Assembly: GCA_030704615.1 (NCBI GenBank)
Contig: CM060733.1
Location: 44,950,001 to 45,014,000 of the forward strand
Length of the DNA stretch: 64,000 nucleotides
Direction of reading: 5' to 3'
Source: Takakia lepidozioides
Lineage: Eukaryota; Plantae; Bryophyta
A program made the position numbers and the translations under genes. How positions within the stretch are numbered: the stretch's first letter is position 1; each line of letters begins with the position of its first letter. A model generated the notes under the pieces. The model worked only from the letters and a program-made list of their open reading frames with translations, made no database searches and was not told where the DNA came from. Shown one piece after another: positions 25,801 through 38,726 of the stretch.

Positions 25801-26666
25801 ACAGTCATGTGTTAATTAAAGACAGAAACAACAACTAGGTTGCACAAAATGATGTGACATGACGTGAATATTCGAAGAATAATGATGCAAATTGACGCTA
25901 GGATGCGGAGTCATGATATAACGCTGAATCACTATTTCGTCTACATAGAGTCATTTTGTGCAACCTTGAGTTCAACAAGATACCATTTAATAATTAAAGT
26001 GATGACAGATGATCGTGATATGAGCAGCCTAACCGGTACCAAATTTGCTAGTGCATCCAATGAATCAATTAAAACTCTCAAAACTTGTCAACATTGACAT
26101 TTTGACACGAACTATAACATCAATCATGTTATAAATATAACTATATCTTAATTGTATGGACCCCTTTGACAATCAAATTAAGCCCTTTGGGATGGAGTTA
26201 AATTTGCTCTGCAAGAGTCATTCTCTTCTTTCTCCTCCCACTACAAGCACATGAGTGTAATATTGAATCTAAGTATTAATTCGAATATATCAACTCACTT
26301 TCTTCTTTTCCGTGTATGTGTATGTACAATGACGAGAAGACAAGGTTTTTCTGCCATACCACAACTTGGAAAGGATATATTATTGTTCAATTGTGTTCTA
26401 CCAATCATCATTATTGGATGTCTCTCCCTATTATCTGCAACGTCTTATGATTACCAAGCACAGTTGCAGAATCATTTGGCTTACCCCATTTCATTTACTT
26501 GCGAATATGATGATCCTGCTCATACGACCTGGTCATTTGTAAGAACTCTCCATCTGATTCATGAATATCGCATCATAATATTGAAAAGTTCTCTAACAAG
26601 TTGTACATGATTGCATTTAGGCCAATTCATTATTATCTTTGCATAATAATGCATTCTCTATTTCAA

Positions 26667-27314
26667 CCCTTACGTGCCTATTTAGCCTATTTTGGGCCTT
26701 TGTTTTTCTAGTATGGTTTTCTCATATTTCAATCAATTGATCCAAATTTTGAGCTGCTGATGCCATGGAATCCAATACGTGATTTGTAGGATTTTTTTTT
26801 TATTAGCGTTTTAATTTTCCCAATCAAAGAAAGGGAAGTTTGGTTTGTGGTGTGAGAATTTTAACATCTCCGAAACATGAAAAAACTCTCCTCTTACATA
26901 AGAAAATGTCTCTTCCATACTGACCCCCAATCTGGTTTGACCAAGTGTCATTACACCATCTTTTGCCTGGAATGCTTTTTTGTTTCTTGGATTGGATGCA
27001 ACATCCTATCAAGATGAATTGGGAGTAGATTAAGCTAATTTGAAAATCATCTCATCACCCAAATCTTCAAAATAAGAAATCCCATTTGTAATTTTGGTGT
27101 GCGCCCAAAAATGGGCCGCCCGCTTGCAACGGTGGATTTTTCTCAATTTTCACCTGAATGCCTTATAGATTGGCAGATCCCTTTAGCAGGAATATATGCA
27201 CATAATGTGCGGTCAGAATTTTGAAATTGTTTTTTTTCCACAAAATTAGAAGGCTTTTTCAGCTTAGGGATTGGGTTTTTGAAAAGAAAAAAATGGCTAC
27301 TGGGCGCTTAAGGG
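26667..27314. mobile_element. Non-autonomous TIR element with piggyBac-like ends
   Basis: Left end TCAA|CCCTTACGTGCCTATTTAGCCTATTTT and right end AAAAAATGGCTACTGGGCGCTTAAGGG|TTAA. The TIR is about 25 bp and imperfect, and starts with CCCTT. Confidence 0.55.
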
Positions 27315-30300
27315 TTAACCTTGACGGAGGCTAGAGTTGATGAACTACCATATCTTCATGATGTACAGATTTTTACTTTATATGGTTTATTATTATTATT
27401 ATTATCATTTTCTCCAAAACATATTTTCTAATTTATTTTGGATCACTATGTTTTTTTTTCCTCTTTTAAGAACACAAATCAAAATTTCAAGTGTGTGAGA
27501 TACATAATAAGTTAGATATTGTAAACCCCGTAATTTGTAGCTCTTGTAGAGCTCGTACAAGCAAAATTACAGCTTCACTGCATCTCCTAATGATGATTTC
27601 AATCTTGAGCATTGCAGACTTCAAATCCACATAAAATATCTAATATTTTTATAACGTGGAGGCATTCGATGATGTTGATTTGTACGGGTACATATACCAA
27701 TTCGGAAGGGAATACTTACACTCACAGATGGCAAGTCGCTGCAAACTGGTACCGAGGAGAATCAATTACTTGGAAAATCTTTCAAAGTGGTGGTTGTATG
27801 TTTCATGATGATGACATAGAACGTTGTCGACTAAATTGGATTTGGTAGTGAACCATATGATATCTAGATTCAGATGTGAAAAATAGTGTGATGGTGGTCT
27901 TGTTGAAAAACAAATAGGGATGAATTAGAAGGTACAACCATGAAGCACAAGAAAATGTTATATACGATCATCTACAGACTACTACTTTCACTCAAGTGGG
28001 GATGGGGCTTGAGGTGCATGTAACGATGTTTGACTAGTGGTAGCACATCATGCGAGGCATGCACTTAGAGCAGTTTTTAGTAACTCACTTTTATCAAAAA
28101 TCCGGACTTTCAAGAAGTCTGGATTTAATGAAATACGAAGCTAATACGAAGTTAATATGGAGATAAAATTTAAAATGAATGTAATTGAGTATATTTTTAT
28201 TATATGATAATCATCATTATAATATAAAATTAATTATTAAAAACATGTATCCATTTTTATATTCAATTTCCACTTTGACTGGCGAGCTCATTCACATTTA
28301 TGTTTGTAGAAAAGAAGGTAATATGTTTAATCTTTGAACACTTAGAGCATTGATGTAACATTCCGTTATGATAAGTATCCCAAAGTAGTACCAAACACAA
28401 AAGTATGTCTTTGAATCACAAAAGATGTCTATATTTCTCATTCGAAAAATGAAGCCATGTTTGGTACTCACACATTAATATGTCTTGTACCATGTACTGA
28501 TACATACATATGAATATCATCTTATCAAACATAGAAAATATATTTCAACATAAGGATGACTTGGACCATACTGTACTAGATTTCTTTTGTTTATACTACA
28601 AGACAATGTTCGGGAGTAACTTGCTACCAATATTCGTAAGATGCTGAGTTAGATTGTCCTTGCAATACGATTCATTTGCAAGACGATTACTATGCAAAAA
28701 GGCATAACTCTATGTCGTCGTTTACTTATAGTACCTTGGTTCGATGTACACTTGCCAATATGAAGATGACTAAGAAGAATCAGATTGATATAATGAGTCC
28801 CAATGCCAGTAGAGATGATTCTATTCTTGCTATGGTGGAACATAGTACCATCCGAAATTAACACTAGCAACCACACTGCGAAAACATAAAAACGAGATAC
28901 TAAGTCCTCCAAATCGAATTCGAAGTACCATGAAGCCATGAATGAAAAATTATTTAAGAATTAACGAAAATTAAAAATTAAATTTTTTATCATGATCACC
29001 AAATAAAATTTGTGTACCAAGATAGTTAGGTTGAAGAAGACGATCCCTACGGCATGCACGCTGCTCATACTACAACAGATGAAAATTAGTATACAAACAC
29101 CTATCCGGCTTTCCAACATTCTGGAAAGACATCATTCTGGGCGCATGACCAAATATCGATGTAAACATTCGCCATCAACAACTTCAAAAAATTGATTACA
29201 CTTGGACGAAGAATTACAAATGGTGTTTCTGACACTTGAAGTTTAATGCGTCGTCATGGATATTTAGGTCTCACCATAGAAGTTGAGTTTGCGTTTCCTG
29301 CATCACAAGATCTGCAAACGATAACCTAGGCTGCTGATTAAATTGAGATTGCTTAGTGGGACTGGATTTTGGGGATCTTTGTAATATTTGAGGAGCAACA
29401 TACATCATGTTGATTCTGGCCAAAGGGTTTGTGAGTGTTCCAAGGGGCTGAGTAGCAGTGTTACTTAAGGTCACTGGAGATTTGCATCAATCATTTTGTA
29501 AGTAGTGAAGTGTAATCTGCGTAGGATGATCCCTCTATGTGGCTAAATGCAACCCGGTCCGTCCCTTTGCTTTATCAGGAAATGTGGTGTGGATCACCTG
29601 AAATTATGTTACATAGGCTGTGTTATGTACGAACTTGGCCACATCTCCTGCTCCTTGACTCGAGGAGATTGTGTTCTGATTCTGAGAAGAACACATGGTA
29701 CTGATGGTGCTCCCGCCAGTAGAAATCACTGTTGTAGAGAAGAGACCATTGTCAATGTGAAAGTGGTTGCCATGATTGTCAGTTGCAAATTTGCTGGATG
29801 CACATGATTATACTGATCACGATATGACACTCTCTGACCCCGTAGATTTTGGTCAACTTGCCATTGGGTTGTAGGTTTTGGCCTATCGATGTTTCTTTCT
29901 CGGCAGCGTTCCAAAGGATAACATACTATTCCAACAATGAAGACATGTGACATATTTCCAACAATCTCCTGTTTTGTGACTGGACTGGGGTATTTGTAGG
30001 ATTGGGTGTCTCCATTTTTGCATAACATGGCAGTTTCTGTAGTGACCTCCCTCCATGGTTTTACCCATATTTGTCCAACAACTCTATATTTTATCTAAAT
30101 TTATATCATGTAGGGTTTCTAACTATAGTAGGTATGTGTATCAATTGTTAGAATCTTGCAAAAATAATCATGTATTAGGGAGCCATGGACTTTAAAAGTT
30201 GATTACTGTGGAGTGCAGATATTACACATAAAATCTTATGGATTGAAAAAATATAATGTACACTCATACAAGCTCAAAGGAAAACACACTAGGGGTGCCA

Positions 30301-30652
30301 TTTTTAAATCCAACCCAAATCCACTTTTATATGGACTAGTTATCTTAGGAATTGAGAGCTATGTACTATTTTGCACCTAAAAACAGGTTGATTTGCTCTA
30401 GTCCATAACATCTTATGTTTTGGATTTTTGAGGTGTCGTCTTTTACTAAAAATGCATACAAACCTATAATCTAGCCTGAGGTACCATGTGATATATGGAC
30501 AAGTGGTTGTAAACTCTAGATTTTGACGTCTAAATAATTTTTTAAATTAAAAATTAAAATATTTAGTAAATAATATTTTCAATATTTGAGGAGAGACTCT
30601 TTACTAAAAATGTTGTGTATACTACTATCTATTTTTTAAAGAACAAACTGAC

Positions 30653-30955
30653 CCTCAAACGCCAACTTCTTGGCAGAGCCAGTCCCACTCCGAACTGACT
30701 TGGGAACCCGGACGACAGGTGACTTGGTAGCAGCAGCAGTCGCAGGACCTTGAACAAAGTCGTCGTCCGAGTCACTCCCTTGGGTCCCCTCCTGCGCCTC
30801 CTCCGATGCCCCGATGGTTTTCTGTTTTTTGGGGGTTACTGTACTCCCCTGTTTCCTTGTCCTTTTCTTTTGGCCTTTATTCTTCTCATTCAATTTCTCC
30901 TGAATTCCTGCCTGAGACTTAAAAATATTTTTTCCATGGACTTCCAATGGACTTA
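30653..30955 (-). pseudogene. Orphan K/S/D-rich exon, possibly the continuation of the ParB-like gene at 3766-5750
   Basis: Open frame MLSPLEVHGK...KKLAFE ends at a G|GTCAGT donor and begins exactly at the LTR flank. Confidence 0.4.
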
Positions 30956-30960
30956 ACATG

Positions 30961-33900
30961 TGTCAAGGACGAGAATATGACTGAACATAAACAAGAGATC
31001 AGACTAGAGATACAAGACTAGACAAGAAGTCAAAGTCGGCGTGGCCGAATGCATGATAGGTAAACATAAATCAAGATGATCTTTATAACAATGGACAAGA
31101 GTACAAGATACTAGAAATCGACTTGAATACTATAATGCTGGAAATTGGACTAAAGTGCTAGAAGCTCTGGGTACTGGAAACAAGAGTAGCTTGACTCGTG
31201 TTGGCGAGACTGAGGAGTGTCCAGTCTCGCCTTTTATATATACTAGTTAGTAGGAAATTTTCTAAGAAGCTTCCCCGATGGAGGTTTCTTGATGGAGAAG
31301 TTTTCTTAAATAAAAGAAGTATTTTGATAGAGAAGTTTCCTTCATATTCATATGAAGCTTCTTGAGCAGTTTCCCAAGTTACTCTCGGTAATTTGATAAA
31401 CTTCCGATAACTTAACAACTAATGATAATTTATGGTAACTTATGATAAATCATGATAGATCATAATAAATCACGGTAAATTATGGTAATATGATAACTTT
31501 GTAACTTCTGGTATTTATTCATGATAAATTCATCTGGGCTATGTCCGTAACATCACCCCTCCTCTAGCGCCAAGTTCTTTGAGGAGCGGTAATATCTTGG
31601 ACTTACTTAGAGTTGGAGAAAATCCAAAATCCTGCGAATGATACTTACCAAGTATTCGGCTCTTCGTTCTTGATTCAAATGATTTATAGGTCCCTACAAC
31701 CATCGATAGTGTCCAACACCGTCAACTTGGGACTACGCAGTGATTTGAACATTCTGATTTTCAAAGCTGCATTCAAACATGATTTCGTTGCCATCTGGGT
31801 TTAAAGCCTTAACCTCCAACAAGATTATCAGACTTCGAGTCAACTCCACTTGCCGTCGTACGGGGTCCAGACGAGGAAGTACACGTCGCCTTAGTGACCC
31901 ATCGTCTCGAGGGCGTCAGCGTGATGTTAAAGATTGTGAGAGTCAGAACGGCTGGTCTGATAATTGGGTAAGCGCTAGCTTCAATGTATCTTTTTCCTGT
32001 GACTCCATGCTGCTAGTACAAGATGCAAGAGTGCTGGAAGTGTAGCTATATATATTGATGTGTGGTGCTCCTCATTCCTTAGCGTGTATCAGGTGCATTG
32101 AATGTGGAGTCTTCACCTTGAAGCTCACTTGGCTGACAACATTGTTATGATGTCTTATTGACGTGTAACTCGGGGCTTAGCTGGATATCGTTGATGACAC
32201 TCTTGGACTTTGTCAGATGCATTTGCAAGGTTTCCACGTTAGTTCGCTGATGTCGTAGTACGTCCAATGTACGAAATACTCAAAACGTTTATATTTGATG
32301 TGAGAGTCTAGGACTTTGTTGATTTCATACTCGATTTCATGATTGACTTCAATTAATGGAGGTGGTATAGAAACTTGTCCGGGGATACTTGAGTGATGAT
32401 ACAACTCTAATAATGAGACATGGAAGACTAAGTGGATGCGCATATTTTGTGGAAGTTCAAGCAAAAAACTGACCGGATTTATTTGTTGAATAATTTTGAA
32501 TGGTCCCAGACGTTGATAATCCAACTTCCTTGATGGTCGCGAGGTTTGTATGTCTTGTCGAAGAAGCCATATACGATCTCCGACCTTGAACTGGGGTTGG
32601 AGTTGCCCATGTTGATCTCCATATTCCTTGTATTATTTTTGAGCTTCTGTGATGTGGAATGTAAACTCTTTGTGAATCGTAGCAATGTTAGTAGCAAGGT
32701 TTTCTGCAGCTCGAGGATGATGACCATAATTGGAGAAAAATGGAGTTTGCTTGGTCAAAGAATATATAGTGTTGTTGTAGGCAAACTCAGTTAATGGCAA
32801 AAGGTCCGTTCGATTATCTTGTTGATAATTTAGGTTACAACGAAGATACTGTTCCAAAATCTGGTTTACGCATTCGGTTTGACCATCAGTCTATGGATGA
32901 TTAGTTGTAGAGATGTTGATCTTAGTATCCAATATATGAAATAATTCCCTCCAGAAATTTGATATGAACTGTGGTTTTCGATCAGATACGATGTCATTGG
33001 GGAGTCCATGAATGCGGTAGATATTGTTGAGGAAGAGTCTTGCAGTTTCCTCGCCTGTAACCGTCTTATTACATAGAATGAAATGTGTCATCTTCGTAAA
33101 CGATCCACAATAACAAGGATTGAATCGGTGGTCTTGGAAATTAGAATGTCCGTTATAAAGTCCATAGACACAGGGTCAATGCATGCTTAGAGTGGCTCAA
33201 AAAATATTGTCCACTTAGTGAAATTTTGCCAGTATACCAACTTTGCGCTATGGACACTTGCAACCCTTATATTTTTATACCATCATATATATACTTTCTG
33301 GAAAGAAGAGAATGTAGGGAATCTATTTCACAAAGTGAGATAGGTTGTACCATGTATGAATTTTAGATACTTTTATGCAAAGTTGTAGCGATGTCCGTCC
33401 TATGCATATGAGACCTTCAAATTTAAGTCAAATTTACAAATTTGGTTTGTTGAGCTTGAAATTTGGTACAATATTAGATCACCTACCTATAAAACCAGTG
33501 TAAAATTTTCAGAATCATCTAATGTGTATTCTAGGAATTATGACTGCTCGATTTTGAAATTTTCACTAAAAAAAAAAACCAAAATGGACATGATACTTTA
33601 GTTGATGAATACATACTCAAATTCAATAATTTCAAGTGCATAGGGTATAGCCTACTCTAAAGCATATGTTTAAGACCTCAAAAGTAAAGTATAAGAAAAA
33701 TATAAGAAAAAATAAAATAAAATAAAAGTGAGCAAAAAGTATGCAAAAAAATATACAAAATTTTTGAGAAATGATATCACTCTAGCGTACATTGACCCCA
33801 CAGATGACCATGGACCTTTGGGAATGGGCAATGGTTGAAGAAGACCGTAAGGTCGATGTCGTGGTCTCTTCGCTCTAGCACACGAGTTTCCACATCTCCG

Positions 33901-34690
33901 CCACTGTAGTCCCTGGATATCAATTCCATTGTTTTGTTGAAGCCGAAATGTCCTACAGCCGGAAGATCATGACCTGTTTGAAGAATTCGAAGTCATATAG
34001 GTCCTGGAGGTACATAGAGAAGACCCTTGAAGTAAAGTAAGCCATCTTTGAATTCGAAATCGATTATAACATGTGGATGGTCTTGAGGTTGACTTAGTTG
34101 ACTTCGTAGTGTTTTAGCAAATTGGTCGCTTTTCAGTGCTTCCTGAATCTCCTTTATGATCTCTGCATCGTCATAGGTGGACATTGATAGCATATTCAAT
34201 TAGAGATTTATTAGTTTCAAGATGATGGATTTCTGTTGGTCGAAAATTGCGTCTCATGATGTGTTCTACGCTTAAGAAAGCTGGATCCACATGAGATGTA
34301 TGATGCGTAGCTGAAAAAATGTCTGTAATTATCTGAATGACCGAATGAATACCAGTCAACGAACCGACATTTTTTTTGGCGCAAGATACGATCGTCGAGA
34401 AAGAGCATTTGGTTTTCCTTGAAGATATCCGGGACGGTAGGTGATAACAAAATAATAACGAAGTTGGTTTAATTCACTTGATAATGGTTTGCATTTTCTT
34501 TTGATCCATAAAGACGTCTTTGTTGGAAATAATGTAGCCTAGAAATTCGATCTCAAATTGATGGAAAAGACATTTTTCCAACTTGGCATTAATCCTTCTT
34601 ATCTTAATTTATCAAGAACAAGACGTACATGGCGGTCATGTTCTTCTTCATTCTATGAAAATATTAATATGTCGTCAAAATAGATGACTT
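30961..34690 (-). mobile_element. 3' half of a decayed Gypsy chromovirus: RT end, RNase H end, integrase, chromodomain, PPT and 3' LTR (30961-31552)
   Basis: VIYFDDILIFS near 34680, GPWSSVSMDFITD, HGLPNDIVSDR, DGQTE, LGPFKI and the chromodomain EYEINKVLDSH...YFVHW...TW are all present. PPT agaggaggggtga lies next to the TGTTA...TGACA LTR. Confidence 0.92.
33173..33798. mobile_element. 626-bp non-autonomous TIR element inserted in the integrase, 4-bp TSD CACA
   Basis: The TIR is GGGTCAATG...CATTGACCC (about 22 bp, imperfect). CACA lies at 33169-33172 and 33799-33802. Removing the element restores GPWSSVSMDFITD. Confidence 0.88.
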
Positions 34691-35305
34691 CTCTGTATGT
34701 ATTGCCCACTACTGCAGTGACACTTCTGCAATGGTATCATTCTGTGTTGTTCATATAATGAATTAGTCAATGCACCTGAGCATTGTGTTTTTGACAGAAG
34801 AACACAATGGTTGTTTGGCTCTGTCTGCGGCTCTCGGCTACACTGAGACACATCGTCAAACCGAGACACCAAGATACCCCACACCGCCCCGCTTTACCAG
34901 CCGGGACTCAAAAATCACCAAAAAGAATTATTTGATCCAAGACCCCTTTAAAATATCATACCATTAGGTAATCCCACTTTTCTTTATCCGTTGGTCCAAA
35001 GTCCGCCCCTGGCCACGTGATGTGGCGCCACAGGCCGAGACAGGGGGCGGCGGCCGGACCAGCGGTTCGTGTCCAGCGGTCAATTAATTGCTAAGGGTTC
35101 TCTCCCCAGCTCGCGTGGCTGGGCTATACCGCATGCAAACAAGCTCAGGAAGTTTTCATTTTCACCAGATAATTTCCACACCTGCCTATCGCGTTATCAA
35201 ATGGTTTGTGACTTAGAGGCTGTAGTGCCCTATCAGCCATGTTTGTTGCCAATAACGCGACAGACAAGCAGATCTAATAACGCGACAAAGCATGGTTTTT
35301 CCACC

Positions 35306-35690
35306 TCAGAGTTGTCCCTCTGCAGTGGACCAATTTAGTGAGACCCCAGCAAGCAGTGCTTGCCAGTTTGAACAACTTTCTGAATATGTGCATCCCAATT
35401 GCAATTGGAGGACCAGAATGTCATGACAGACGTTAGCCTGTAGCCCCCAAAGAGCAACGTATCTCCTCGCGCAATCAACTCCTGGATTGGAAGGAGTCTC
35501 CCCTATGCATGCAAAGTCATCCGCAAACATAGGGGCTGGTATGGTGGCATCACCCACCCTTAATCCAATCCCTCTCTGGATAATCTGGCTCAGAGTGAAG
35601 GTAATGATCCACACAACCCCTGTTTTGCCGAAAGCTAGCTTGGCCTTCGTGGAAACAACCTTCAGTTACACCTTGCAAGGCCTGGACATA
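35306..35690 (-). mobile_element. LINE reverse transcriptase fragment
   Basis: GIGLRVGDATIPAPMFADDFACIGETP...YVALWGLQAN matches the non-LTR RT (Y/F)ADD region. Confidence 0.7.
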
Positions 35691-36494
35691 AGTTCAGCCT
35701 TGACCTCTTTACTTTGGAATTTTTCTATACACCACTTCCGAATTAAACGTTTCACAGATCTGTTGGTGTTGGGAAAACACCTTTTTGATCTCAGTCCAAA
35801 ACAGGAATTGGTCATAGGTACCAATATCAATTCTATCAATCAACACATTGCGCCAGCTTGGCCTTCGTGGAAACAACGTCAATCAGCCACTCAGCCTTGC
35901 TCTTCATTTTGGAATTTTTCTATGCGCCACTTCCGAATTGAACGTTTCACAAATCTGTTGCTGTTGGGAAAACACCTTTTGATCTGAGTCCAAACCAGGA
36001 AGTGGTCATAGGTACCAATATCAATATGGTGGCGTCAGATCCTCCTTTGGACAAACGTACCGCATTGGGTCCTCGCCCATGTCATAGACTGGAAACAAGT
36101 TTAAGAAAGTGTTATGCTAGCTAACTTCATTTTCAGCTGACAGTCTTTGGGCACCTCCTTTGGACTTCAACCGAGGAGGCATTTCTACACGTTTGGATAC
36201 GGAGGCTGGGCATCTGCTCTACAGATTTTAAATTAAAGGTCCTTCTTGCCCATGTCATCGACTGGAAACAAGTTTAGGAAAGTTTTATGTCTAACTTCAT
36301 TTTCAGCGGACAATCTTGGGGCATCAGACCCTCCTTTGGACAGCTTTAAACCAAGGAGGTTGAATTTTTGTAGATTCAAATAGTTAAGTCTGTCTCCAAC
36401 ATAAGTGTATCAAGATGAAAGGCCTCAAAAGGACAGCAGGTGGCAGCCCTGCAAAAGGGCAAAGAGGTCCACGGTGACATCATCAAAGCTGATA

Positions 36495-36707
36495 GTCTTC
36501 CGCTCAGGTCCGAAGGCAGCCCGTTGTTATAGGAATCATTGACTAGCTCTGAAAATTGTGCAAACATGAGCTTTCCAATTACAGCAATAGCCAAGCGCAT
36601 ATTGTCCACAGAGACACCAACGGCTCAGCATCGATAAGTGGATTGTCATTCACTGAGTTGATTTCCCTCTGGATAGCATGTGTTGCAATCCGAATAGTCT
36701 CCACCTG
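36495..36707 (-). pseudogene. PAL: Phenylalanine ammonia-lyase internal fragment
   Basis: [25 protein letters not shown], an internal deletion, then [36 protein letters not shown]. Confidence 0.92.
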
Positions 36708-38726
36708 ACATAAGACACGCACAAAACAAGGCTGGACATGTTACAAGACTGGAGCCAATGCCAACTCATCGGTCCTCATTGGGTGTATCCTTGAGGCCTA
36801 TGCACAAAGTAAACAGAGAGTTCATGTTGGGTTCAGTCACTACAGAAAAGCCTCACTTGAGATGGCTACCAGCTAAGTACCACCTGCCCTGATAGCTCTC
36901 ATGGCTTCTCCCCTTGCTAGTCTCGCCCATCAAGAGACTATCCAACATATTTCAAAGTGGACAGATTTATTGTTTTGAGGTCTCTCAGCAAGCTCGGCTT
37001 GAAATTCTCCCACACATCATTAGTCGCATGATGCATCCCATCACTAGATCTTACTTGAAACTTGTGAATATAATTTCTGAGATTGTGCAAGGCTTCTTCA
37101 AGTCTGGTGTAATTAGTGTTCCAAAAAGGGTACAAGTATACAAGTCTGAAGCCTTCACCGAGAACTCCAATATCCAACACAATCCAAACTGCCAAAATGT
37201 GGGCCACAAAGAGGGTGACTTTCATGTCCTGAATGTGTTTTGCAAGACGCTGGAAATAGATCAAGATCGCCTCTTTGCTTTCTCTTGCAGATGATAAACT
37301 GTCAAGATGCACACATACATGCAAATAAGAGAGGGGTTTAGGTTGGGAGGTGATCTTCAACCAGCCAGGGGGGGTTTGCTTGTAAAGCACAACAGAAGCC
37401 TTCCACAAAACTCATAACTATTTTGCCAGTAAATAGGTCTATCCAAGGGGGATGTATTACGATAACTCAATAACAATCCTACAAAAACCACCCAGACAAC
37501 TGCTCATCCAGATGCTCAGCGAAACTAAAAAGCCTTCCACCCACCCCTCCTCCACCACAACACAGCACAATCCAATCAGCAGAGTAAGAAACCTGTCAAA
37601 CACCCCAGAAAAACATGATGAGCTTGCAATCGTTCATGTTTGTGATCCAGACACTCGCTCTCAACAAAATTCGCATAACAAATCACTGAAAGCAGAAAAT
37701 GTATTCTCCATGCCTGTTCAATGCCAAAACATGCCCGATTTGCCTGAAGAGTACAAGTTCTCTCAATCATCGTCGCTCTCCCATCAAGAGACTATCCAAC
37801 ATATTTCAAAGTGGACAGATTTTTTGTTTTGAGGTTTTGGTTGCTCATTAAATATATTTATCTCTCAGCAAGCTCAGCTTGAAATTCTCCCACACATCAT
37901 TAGTCGCATGTTGCATCCCATCACTAAAACAGCTTGGGCATTGTTATGTGCAGACGTCGCAAGGAAGCCAGAGCGCCAGCCAACCCTCCTCCATACCTTC
38001 CGAGCGACATGGGGCAAGCATGGGATCATTTGTTGCTGCGCTCATGACCTCACCTGTGTATGGGCAGATAGAATCCCCTCCTGCTGGCAGGGACATAGAG
38101 GCTACCTCTTTGGCTTCCCCAGAATTTGAAAGGTCTGAGGTTAATTGGAAACACGTCCGCCCGTCTTCAGCAGCGCGTCTTCACTTTTTTAGATAAAGTC
38201 TCAGTTCTTTTCCTTGCTAGGCAGCTTCAGCGTTGCCTTCACTCTCCAGATCGCTCCACCCCTCCCCTTCTAGCTTCTTGCTCCCAGTTCTTGCTACCCT
38301 CGACCCTCCCCTTGGGGGTTCCCTGTTCCTCCGTTCTGTCCGCTCTCCGTCCTCACCAAGGACTAGAGCTTCCGCTGCCTTCTCCCTAGCTTCTATGATT
38401 ATCGCACGGTTTCATTAGTGCCCACGTACTACAGCTAAGTAATTGGTCATGCAGTGTTCCTTTTTTTTGTTTTGTTTTCTTAGAAACAGGGGATGGAGGC
38501 GCTGTGTTTCATTGAAGCTGCAAGCCTCCTACTGTAATGGTGTCTTTTTTCTTAAACAGAACATGGATAGTGGCCCTGGAATGCTATTAATGGAAAGAAC
38601 TAAAGAAAGCAAAGAAGTGTTGTCTGCCATTTTCACACGTTTGCCTCTCTGTGTCTGTGCGCCTGTTGTCGTGCGGGTGGGCGTGGGTTGGAAGATCTTG
38701 CCATCCATCTCTGGAAGAGCTTGCAA

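Noticed and set aside
36938-37408. Module M ORFs as a real gene family
   Set aside because: Frames and stops differ among the four copies and no domain was recognised.
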